DNA from: a virus
Virus record (IMG/VR): IMGVR_UViG_3300042507_004023
Length of the DNA stretch: 64,000 nt
Reading direction: 5' to 3' (one strand)
The position numbers were made by a program, and so were the translations under genes. Of this stretch, positions 55,000 through 62,881 are shown piece by piece (the stretch's first letter is position 1; each line of letters opens with the position of its first letter). Below the pieces are notes generated by a model. That model was given only the letters and a program-made list of their open reading frames with translations. It did no database searches and had not been told where the DNA came from.

Positions 55000-56165
55000 A
55001 TAAACCAATAAATCTAGTTCAAGACACTATAGATCAACAAGACATATCATCTTTAATCTCTTGGCTTAACACTAATCCTCGTTTAACGAAAGCCACTAGA
55101 ACCGTTGAGTTTGAGCAGGAGTGGAGCAATTGGTTGGGTTGCAAGTATTCGGTATTTGTAAACTCGGGATCGTCTGCAAACTTGGCAATATTCTATGCTT
55201 TGATTGTAAGCAATCGTTTAAAGAACAAGAAGGTTGTGTTCCCATGTTTGTCTTGGGTGACAACAGTTGCTCCTGCAATTCAGTTGGGGTTAGAGCCGAT
55301 TCTTTGCGGAACCGACAGAGCCAACTTGGGAATTGATGTTGAGGAGTTTGAGGAAATTTGCAAGCGAGAAAATCCTGCTGCTCTAATGGTAGTTCATGCT
55401 TTAGGATTTCCAAACGACATGAAGCGCATTCAAGAAATCTGTGAGAAGTATGGAGTGATACTTCTTGAGGATTCCTGTGAGAGTGTTGGAACAACCGTGG
55501 ATGGCAAGAAAACAGGAACTTTGAGTCTTGCTGCGTCTTTCAGCACTTACTATGGGCATCACTTCTCTACCATAGAAGGCGGGTTGATTTCAACCGATGA
55601 TTACGAACTGTATAATATTCTAAAGAGCATTCGTTCTCACGGATGGTCTAGAGATTTGGATGAAGTTTCTCGTATCAATCTTCAACTGAAGTATGGTATT
55701 GATGACTTCCGTAACTTCTACACCTTCTACTATCCAGGATTCAATCTTCGCTCAACCGATCTGCAAGCGTATATCGGTATACAGCAACTCAAGAAACTTG
55801 ATCGGTTCTGTGATAAGCGATGGAATAATCTTAAACTATACGATAAGTATATCGTAAATCCACATTGGAAGATTTCTGTGGATCAGTTTGAGTATGTTTC
55901 AAACTTTGCCTATCCCATCATTCACCCAAGAGTGCCTGAGATTGTTAAGAAACTAGCCAAAAATTCTGTGGAGTGTCGTCCACTAATTGCGGGTAGTATT
56001 TCCCGACAGCCGTTCTTCTACGAGAGATACGGTTCCAAGAAGCACCCGTTTGCGGATGAGATACACGATTACGGAATGTATGTTCCCAACAATCCTGATA
56101 TGACCGAAGATCAAATTAAGTTTGTATCTGACATAGTAAACACATTTACAGTAAGCAAGGATTAA
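54996..56165 (+). CDS. DegT/DnrJ-family PLP enzyme, ColD-like GDP-4-keto-6-deoxymannose 3-dehydratase
   Basis: NSGSSANL; EDSCES; STYYGHHFSTIEGG, with His where aminotransferases have the Schiff-base Lys; GFNLRSTDLQA. Confidence 0.85.
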   Translation: MNKPINLVQDTIDQQDISSLISWLNTNPRLTKATRTVEFEQEWSNWLGCKYSVFVNSGSSANLAIFYALIVSNRLKNKKVVFPCLSWVTTVAPAIQLGLEPILCGTDRANLGIDVEEFEEICKRENPAALMVVHALGFPNDMKRIQEICEKYGVILLEDSCESVGTTVDGKKTGTLSLAASFSTYYGHHFSTIEGGLISTDDYELYNILKSIRSHGWSRDLDEVSRINLQLKYGIDDFRNFYTFYYPGFNLRSTDLQAYIGIQQLKKLDRFCDKRWNNLKLYDKYIVNPHWKISVDQFEYVSNFAYPIIHPRVPEIVKKLAKNSVECRPLIAGSISRQPFFYERYGSKKHPFADEIHDYGMYVPNNPDMTEDQIKFVSDIVNTFTVSKD

Positions 56166-56168
56166 TCC

Positions 56169-57176
56169 ATGAAAATTGATAAAGTCGTCTTTAGTTGCTC
56201 GGAAACATTCAGTCCATTTTGGAACATACAATCTAAGGTATGGAAGACTAAGTTTGGAGTGGAGCCGGTATGTCTTTTGTTTGGAGATAAAAAGAGTTGT
56301 AAGGTATCTGAAGAATACGGAGAAGTTATAGAACAGAAGTATGATCCTGATCTTCCACAAATCATTCAAATACAATTTTCTAAGTTTTATCATCCAAAGG
56401 TTGAACCAGAAACAACATGGATAATCGGTGACATAGATCAAATTCCTTTGCAGACCGAATATTTTTTAAATGATTTGCCGAATGTTCCTGACGATGCGTA
56501 TGCTCATTTGAACTATACTCTTACTGCTCAGATGCGTCCAGGTATTCGTCCTGATGGCATGCCAGGCATTTCGCCCGACACTTTCTTGAAGGTTGGTGCA
56601 TATGTTAATGGCGGCTATGATCTTCCTGGTCATTATCATGTGGCTAAGGGTAAATTGTATGAAAATCTATTCTTCCGTGATAAGAGTTTCAAAGAAGTTG
56701 TGCAGGGAGTTATTGATGCTCGTAGACACGGTATGGTTACTGAGGATGCAAGAAACACTCTCAATAAAAGTATTCATGGTGATTATTGGGTCGCTGAAGA
56801 AGGATACACATCCGAACAGATTTGGTATGGGTTGAAGTCTAAGAGAATCACTGGTGGTTTCTTCGGTAAAGAATATCACATCTTTGATGGTAAGATTGAT
56901 CGTGTTGGTAATGGAACTTGGTTCGATCCAAATGGATGGACAGAAACCGACATAAAGAATATGGCAGAAAGCAATAAAACTACACCAGAAAATATTGTGC
57001 AATACCTGAAGCAAAACAATATAAAGAAAAGAAGCATGCAATGGACAGGTAAAGAATATCTTTATGATGTTGAAAAATTAAAGAACAAGGGTTACATGGA
57101 TATACATTGTTATCGTCCATATCACGAACAAGAGGGGCCTATGATGCGTATTCTTGAAATCGCTGGCATGATCTAA
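56169..57176 (+). CDS. hypothetical protein, probable glycosyltransferase-like
   Basis: ORF in the glycan cluster; GDIDQIPL; DIHC.RPY. Confidence 0.55.
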   Translation: MKIDKVVFSCSETFSPFWNIQSKVWKTKFGVEPVCLLFGDKKSCKVSEEYGEVIEQKYDPDLPQIIQIQFSKFYHPKVEPETTWIIGDIDQIPLQTEYFLNDLPNVPDDAYAHLNYTLTAQMRPGIRPDGMPGISPDTFLKVGAYVNGGYDLPGHYHVAKGKLYENLFFRDKSFKEVVQGVIDARRHGMVTEDARNTLNKSIHGDYWVAEEGYTSEQIWYGLKSKRITGGFFGKEYHIFDGKIDRVGNGTWFDPNGWTETDIKNMAESNKTTPENIVQYLKQNNIKKRSMQWTGKEYLYDVEKLKNKGYMDIHCYRPYHEQEGPMMRILEIAGMI

Positions 57177-58588
57177 TGAATTTGTTTTGCATATCAGGAA
57201 GTTCTGGTGTAGGCAAAACCACAATATCTAAGATCATTCAAAGTATTCTTGGGTCAAAAGATTGTGTTTGTCTAAGTGGTGATGATCTTCACAAGTGGGA
57301 AAGAGGCGATCCCATTTGGAAGACCATTACACATTTGAATCCTGATGCAAATAATTTAGAATTGGGTTATTCTCATCTTGTTGAATTAAAGAATGGTAAT
57401 CCTATACAAAGAAGCCACTATAATCACGATACAGGAAAATTTGATTCTTCTGTCAGAATTGATTCTAAACCGTATATCATTTACGAAGGGCTTCATGCTC
57501 TTTATCACAAACCTACTGTTCAAATTTCAGATTTAAACATTTATGTGGATACTGATGAAGATTTAAAAGTCGAATGGAAAGTTAAACGCGATACAACTAA
57601 AAGAGGCCATACTAAAGCCGAGGTTCTAGAAACCATAAAGCGCAGAAAAGATGATGAAGACCGATTCATAAAGCCACAGAAACAGAATGCCGATATTGTA
57701 GTTAAGTTTAGTAAAGATCAGCACTCTTCCATCAAACTGTTATACTTTTGCACTACTGACAAGGGGCAAAAATTCATGGAACTCGTTAAGGGGTTCTACG
57801 AATCAACGAATAACTTTTTACAAATTTGTAAATGGTTGGGATTAGATCCCGCTTTAGTTCAAGGCAGAGGCGGAAATGTTTCTGTCAAGTCGGATGGCGG
57901 AATGATTATCAAATCATCAGGCGCAAAGATGAGTGATATAAATTTGTATCATGGATTTTGTGTTTGTGATATTCGAAAGGAACCTTTACCAAAATTTGCA
58001 GACGAAAAACATTACAATCTGTATATCAAAGGATGTAAAAAGATAGGGGACAGTAATCCTTCTATGGAAACCGGATTCCATATCTCCATTCCAAATAAAG
58101 TTGTTATCCATACCCATCCAATACACCTTAATTCCATACTTTGTAGTTTGGAAGGAGAAGAAGTATTGAAAACTCTTTTCAAAGATATTGCGTATCAATT
58201 TGTTCCTTACACCACACCAGGATATGAATTGGTAAATCGTATAACACCAAATCTGATAAACACCAACATCATTTTTTTGCAAAATCATGGGCTGATAGTC
58301 GGAGCAGAAACTCACGAAGAAGCAATAGAACTAACCGAAAAAATTAACAACCGATGTAAACGCTGGTTGGTTACTCATGTTGACAGTTTCTTGGATTACG
58401 AGGATTCTAAAATAAATATGCCGCTTTTTCCAGATGCCGCAGTTTTTCTAAACGAAATGTCTTCAACAAACAACTACATACTACATCTGATGACTGGAGC
58501 CTGCTTGACTCCAAACTTTTTGAGTTCTGAAGAAGTGAGAAAGTTAAACAGTATGTCGTCGGAACAATTCAGAAAGGCTTTAGTATGA
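57176..58588 (+). CDS. fusion of phosphoribulokinase/uridine-kinase-like domain and class II aldolase/epimerase domain
   Basis: GSSGVGKTT; GDDLHKWER; YEGLH; RDTTKRG; then GGNVSVK, PSMETGFH, HTHP, LQNHGL. Confidence 0.88.
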   Translation: MNLFCISGSSGVGKTTISKIIQSILGSKDCVCLSGDDLHKWERGDPIWKTITHLNPDANNLELGYSHLVELKNGNPIQRSHYNHDTGKFDSSVRIDSKPYIIYEGLHALYHKPTVQISDLNIYVDTDEDLKVEWKVKRDTTKRGHTKAEVLETIKRRKDDEDRFIKPQKQNADIVVKFSKDQHSSIKLLYFCTTDKGQKFMELVKGFYESTNNFLQICKWLGLDPALVQGRGGNVSVKSDGGMIIKSSGAKMSDINLYHGFCVCDIRKEPLPKFADEKHYNLYIKGCKKIGDSNPSMETGFHISIPNKVVIHTHPIHLNSILCSLEGEEVLKTLFKDIAYQFVPYTTPGYELVNRITPNLINTNIIFLQNHGLIVGAETHEEAIELTEKINNRCKRWLVTHVDSFLDYEDSKINMPLFPDAAVFLNEMSSTNNYILHLMTGACLTPNFLSSEEVRKLNSMSSEQFRKALV

Positions 58589-59409
58589 AGATAATTGTGC
58601 CAATGGCAGGAACAGGCAATCGTTTTGTCGAGAAGGGATATGCAGACCCTAAGCCCCTTATTCGCGTAAACGGTAAACGAATCATAGAATACATTCTAGA
58701 GATGTTTGATCCAAACGATGAAATTGTATTCATCTGTAACGATACCCACCTAGCAACAACTGATATGCGAGATGTGCTTCTATCTCTGAAGCCAAACGCC
58801 ACGATTGTATCCATGCCTCAACATAAGTTGGGCCCTGTGTGGACGGTTAAGGCAGTATACGAACACATCAAAGATGATGAAGAAGTAATTGTTTCTTACT
58901 GCGACAATCCTCACCTTTGGGACATGGAGCATTTTAAGGAACATGTTAACTACTACAAGATGGATGGTTGCATTCTTACTCACTCTGGATTTCATCCACA
59001 CACCTTGGCTCAAACAAAGATGGCGTTTGTTAAAGATGTGCCGGGAACTCCGTATATTACTGAGATTAAAGAAAAGGCGTGTTACACCAACGATCCGATG
59101 AATGAACATGCTTCTACCGGCATGTATTACTTTAGACGGGGTGCAGATATCAAGAAATATTTTGATCTTGCTATGGAGAGGGGAATTCAGTATAATGGCG
59201 AATTCTATGTTACTTTGGTCTACAATCTGCTGGTTCAAGACGGATTGAAAGTTGGTTATTACGACACTCCGTTTGTTACCGTGTTTGGAACTCCTGAAGA
59301 AGTGGAAAATTTTGAGGCTTGGGCAACCATAGTTAAAGGTAAGCAGGTAAAGTCGGTGGATGATCTAATTAACTGCTATCTGTATTGGGACTCGTATCAC
59401 AATGACTAA
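58585..59409 (+). CDS. sugar-phosphate nucleotidyltransferase
   Basis: PMAGTGNRF...PKPLI; YCD; STGMYYF; NGEFYV. Confidence 0.88.
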   Translation: MKIIVPMAGTGNRFVEKGYADPKPLIRVNGKRIIEYILEMFDPNDEIVFICNDTHLATTDMRDVLLSLKPNATIVSMPQHKLGPVWTVKAVYEHIKDDEEVIVSYCDNPHLWDMEHFKEHVNYYKMDGCILTHSGFHPHTLAQTKMAFVKDVPGTPYITEIKEKACYTNDPMNEHASTGMYYFRRGADIKKYFDLAMERGIQYNGEFYVTLVYNLLVQDGLKVGYYDTPFVTVFGTPEEVENFEAWATIVKGKQVKSVDDLINCYLYWDSYHND

Positions 59410-59704
59410 AATCATATTTGTTGACATTGATGAAACGATTTGCATTACTCCTGACCATCCTCGGGAGTATAAGAAGTCTAAGCCTATTCTTGAAAACATA
59501 GAAAAGATTAATCGCTTATATGACGAGGGAAACACCATCATCTATTGGACGGCTAGAGGCAGTCGAAGTGGCATAGACTGGTATGATCTAACCAAGCAGC
59601 AGTTGGAAGATTGGGGTGCAAAGCATCACGATTTGAGATGCGATAAACCTTACTATGATCTATTCATTGAAGACAAAAGTTTAAGAATAGAGGAATTATC
59701 GTGA
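59402..59704 (+). CDS. HAD-family phosphatase (capsule-biosynthesis type)
   Basis: FVDIDETIC; WTARG; KPYYDLFIEDK. Confidence 0.85.
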   Translation: MTKIIFVDIDETICITPDHPREYKKSKPILENIEKINRLYDEGNTIIYWTARGSRSGIDWYDLTKQQLEDWGAKHHDLRCDKPYYDLFIEDKSLRIEELS

Positions 59705-60168
59705 TTTACATTTCACACCGAGGTAATCTTGACGGAGTTATTCCCGAGCGTGAAAACTCATTGGATTACATTCAAGAAGCAATTGATGCAGGCTATGATG
59801 TAGAGATAGATCTGCGTATGAAAAACGAACAACCCCATCTAGGTCACGATTACGCTCAGTATCCTGTGACCGAGGAGTGGCTTTGGCAACGCCGTGAATA
59901 TCTTTGGATTCATGTCAAGGAATACGCCGCTCTCAAATGGATTTTTCAAAGATCTTTAATGCAGCCTGTTCGATATTTTTGTCACGAATCTGATCGGTAT
60001 ACACTTGTAAGTAATGGTTGGATTTGGTCGCACGATTTAACAAATTCTATGATTTCCAAGTGCATTATTCCTCTTCTCTCTAAAGAATCTGTAGCCGCTT
60101 ATAATCAAACCGGATTTGGAGCCGTTTGCTCGGATTTTATCTACGATTGTCAGAAAAAGTTTGCTTGA
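59701..60168 (+). CDS. glycerophosphodiester phosphodiesterase-like protein
   Basis: ISHRGN; EN; DVEID; LGHD; VCSD. Confidence 0.8.
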   Translation: MIYISHRGNLDGVIPERENSLDYIQEAIDAGYDVEIDLRMKNEQPHLGHDYAQYPVTEEWLWQRREYLWIHVKEYAALKWIFQRSLMQPVRYFCHESDRYTLVSNGWIWSHDLTNSMISKCIIPLLSKESVAAYNQTGFGAVCSDFIYDCQKKFA

Positions 60169-60192
60169 CTTTTCGGGGATTTGGGGTATACT
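60165..60192 (+). promoter_or_regulatory. sigma70-type promoter of the helicase gene
   Basis: TTGACT, 16 nt, TATACT (60187-60192). Confidence 0.65.
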
Positions 60193-60213
60193 GATTGTTC
60201 GAGAACCCATCTG

Positions 60214-61638
60214 ATGTCTGCTGACAGAACAGAAATTTTAATTCTTCGTTCCCTGCTCCACGATGAGGAGTTTGGTAGAAAAGTTCTACCGTTCTTGAAG
60301 CCCGAGTATTTCAATGAGCGTGACGAGCGGGTTATCTACGATTGTGTGAGCGAGTTTTACACTCAATACAACGCCAAGCCAAGTGTTGAAAGTCTGCTTA
60401 TCGACTTGGGAAAGCGCGATGATTTAAGCGAAACCGAGTTCAAATCTATTCGAGAAATCATCAAGAGTTTTAAGACACATGATGCTCCCGACACACAATG
60501 GTTGCTAGACAACACAGAAAACTTCTGTAAAGAAAAGGCACTCTATAATGGCATCATGGAATCCATTCAGATTATTGATGGAAAGTCCAAAGACAAAACT
60601 AAAACTGCTATTCCAAGCATTCTTTCTACTGCTCTTGCAGTTAGTTTTGATTCTCATATCGGTCACGATTTCATTGGTGATGCAGACAAGCGATACGACT
60701 TCTATCACACCGTAGAGAAGCGTATTCCGTTTGATCTTGACCTGATGAACAAAATTACCAACAATGGAACTCCATACAAAACTCTGAATGTGTGTCTCGC
60801 GGGCACGGGCGTGGGTAAGTCTTTGTTCCTCTGTCACCATGCTGCAAATTGTCTGATGCAAGGTAAGAATGTGCTGTATATAACTTGCGAAATGGCGGAA
60901 GAGCGTATTGCTGAACGCATTGATGCCAATCTGATGGATACTAGTTTAGATGATCTGAAGGCTTTGCCCAAGGATATCTACGACCGCAAAATGAAGCGTA
61001 TTATGGAACAGACTACGGGGAAACTGATTATCAAAGAGTATCCGACAGCGAGTGCTTCAGTAATGCACTTCAAGCATCTGTTGGATGAACTGCGTTTGAA
61101 GAAGAACTTTGTTCCTGAAATTATTTTTATCGACTACTTAAACATTTGTGCATCTTCTCGTATGAAACAGAGTGCTACAGTAAACTCATATACATTCATC
61201 AAGGCTATTGCAGAGGAACTGCGCGGTCTTGCGGTGGAGACTGGTGTTCCCATCTTTACGGCAACTCAAACTAATCGTTCTGGCTTCTCTAGCACGGATG
61301 TTGAGTTGACAGATACTAGTGAATCGTTCGGTCTACCACAAACCGCAGATTTCATGTTTGCTTTGGTTTCAACCGAAGAACTTCAGGGTCTTGGTCAGAT
61401 TATGGTGAAGCAGTTGAAGAACCGTTATGCTGATCCTGCATCTAACCGACGCTTCGTTGTCGGAATTGACCGCAGCAAAATGAAACTGTTTGACTTGGAT
61501 GAATCGGCTCAACGCGGAATTATTAATATTACCGAGTCCAAGGATACGGATGATGAAGACTCGGGAGAATTTAAAACTTTCCGTGAACGCATGGGTGAGA
61601 AGTTTAATAAAAAGAGAGATTTTGCTGATTGGTCTTGA
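60214..61638 (+). CDS. gp41: replicative DNA helicase (T4 gp41, DnaB-like)
   Basis: FCKEKA; AGTGVGKS; TCEMAEERIAERID; IKEYPT; IDYLNIC; TATQTNR; ESFGLP; KQLKNRY. Confidence 0.96.
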   Translation: MSADRTEILILRSLLHDEEFGRKVLPFLKPEYFNERDERVIYDCVSEFYTQYNAKPSVESLLIDLGKRDDLSETEFKSIREIIKSFKTHDAPDTQWLLDNTENFCKEKALYNGIMESIQIIDGKSKDKTKTAIPSILSTALAVSFDSHIGHDFIGDADKRYDFYHTVEKRIPFDLDLMNKITNNGTPYKTLNVCLAGTGVGKSLFLCHHAANCLMQGKNVLYITCEMAEERIAERIDANLMDTSLDDLKALPKDIYDRKMKRIMEQTTGKLIIKEYPTASASVMHFKHLLDELRLKKNFVPEIIFIDYLNICASSRMKQSATVNSYTFIKAIAEELRGLAVETGVPIFTATQTNRSGFSSTDVELTDTSESFGLPQTADFMFALVSTEELQGLGQIMVKQLKNRYADPASNRRFVVGIDRSKMKLFDLDESAQRGIINITESKDTDDEDSGEFKTFRERMGEKFNKKRDFADWS

Positions 61639-61662
61639 CGAAGCCAAACAATAAGATATAAT
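61635..61662 (+). promoter_or_regulatory. sigma70-type promoter, leaderless architecture
   Basis: TTGACG, 16 nt, TATAAT (61657-61662), 6 nt, ATG 61669. Confidence 0.7.
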
Positions 61663-61668
61663 ACATCC

Positions 61669-61905
61669 ATGTTCCGACTTCACATTGATATTCCGCTGAA
61701 CACCGATGAGGCTACCGCAGCAGCCTTGTCAGAAACTATTGTTGCTCAGTTGGCAAGTAACATCACACCGACTTTACGCGACAAGGGAATCACAGAAGTG
61801 AATTACCGATTAGGTAATGATGAGGACAGACAGAAGAGCAACTATCTCATCAAGACGGAATCAGGTCATGTAGCAAACAAAAAGTCTCGCGTGATTTTTA
61901 CTTAA
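61669..61905 (+). CDS. small hypothetical protein
   Basis: ORF directly after a promoter. Confidence 0.65.
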   Translation: MFRLHIDIPLNTDEATAAALSETIVAQLASNITPTLRDKGITEVNYRLGNDEDRQKSNYLIKTESGHVANKKSRVIFT

Positions 61906-61906
61906 C

Positions 61907-61980
61907 GGGAGTGGGGGGTCTTTGGTTGGCCCAGATTGGTTTATACCCGATTGGAACAGGTTCGAATCCTGGCACTCCTA
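61907..61980 (+). tRNA. tRNA-Ile(UAU), atypical
   Basis: GGGAGTG/CACTCCT-A; ATTGG-TTTATAC-CCGAT; T-loop TTCGAAT; G at position 8 and one T-stem mismatch. Confidence 0.7.
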
Positions 61981-62006
61981 CTAGATACTAAAACAAGGAG
62001 AATATA

Positions 62007-62363
62007 ATGCTTATCCCAAATACTGAATATGTTATTGTGAAGGTTGATCGCAACAAAGTTAAGCCTGGAGAGGCTTTTGAAGGAACTGTATATGCGGTGG
62101 GTCAAGCCCCATTTGCTCCTCAGCCTGTTGGTGGCGACGGTAGAAATTTCTCGTTTGCTCGTCAGCCTGAAGCATTTCCAATTCAAAAGGGAGATCGAGT
62201 GATTGCTGGAGGATACATGACTCTTATGACTGAGAACGATCAAGCATTGGCAATTTGTTTCAAGTCTGAAGTTTACGCCATCATCAAGGACGAACAGGAA
62301 GAGATCAACTTGTTCAACCAAGAGATGGAACAGGACACCAATCCGCAACTGCTGAAGGGTTAA
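62007..62363 (+). CDS. GroES-like co-chaperonin (second copy)
   Basis: PNTEYVIVK...GTVYAVG...IQKGDRVI...SEVYAII; SD AAGGAG. Confidence 0.65.
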   Translation: MLIPNTEYVIVKVDRNKVKPGEAFEGTVYAVGQAPFAPQPVGGDGRNFSFARQPEAFPIQKGDRVIAGGYMTLMTENDQALAICFKSEVYAIIKDEQEEINLFNQEMEQDTNPQLLKG

Positions 62364-62367
62364 CTCC

Positions 62368-62874
62368 TTGAAGGTTCTCCTCCTCAACGCTAGCGAGGAA
62401 GTCTTAAATGTGATTGATTGGAAGCGAGCGGTTAACCTGCTTTGTTCAGGTCGAGCCGAGAAGCCCTACGGTCACGAAGACTACTATCGCATCCCTACCC
62501 CACGAGGTCACTATCAACTCCCAACCGCTATTGTGTTGGTGGAGTATGTAAATTTGCCGTATCGGGTAAAGGGAGCCACCCGTAAGGGGGTATTCCGTCG
62601 TGACAAGTATGAATGTCAGTATTGTGGGTGCTCGCTGAACGCAGCCAACGGAACAGTAGACCATGTAATGCCGGTAAGCCGTGGTGGTAAGTTTGAATGG
62701 AAGAATCTTGTGGCTTCTTGCCGTAAGTGTAACTACAAGAAGGCTAACCGAACCCCGCAGGAGGCTAAGATGCCCTTAGCCAAGCCCCCAATCGTGCCTA
62801 ACAGGAAGATGATTGTGATGACAATTATTGACCATTTGGGCCCCAAAACTTGGTCTAGGTGGATTGAGGAATAG
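62368..62874 (+). CDS. HNH endonuclease (McrA-like)
   Basis: VLLLNAS; RDKYECQYCG; TVDHVMPVSRGG; WKNLVASCRKCN. Confidence 0.92.
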   Translation: MKVLLLNASEEVLNVIDWKRAVNLLCSGRAEKPYGHEDYYRIPTPRGHYQLPTAIVLVEYVNLPYRVKGATRKGVFRRDKYECQYCGCSLNAANGTVDHVMPVSRGGKFEWKNLVASCRKCNYKKANRTPQEAKMPLAKPPIVPNRKMIVMTIIDHLGPKTWSRWIEE

Positions 62875-62881
62875 TATAAAT

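Noticed and set aside
62368-62874. HNH gene as an intron-encoded homing endonuclease
   Set aside because: It is free-standing, no flanking gene appears split, and no intron core elements surround it; it looks like the common McrA-like type.
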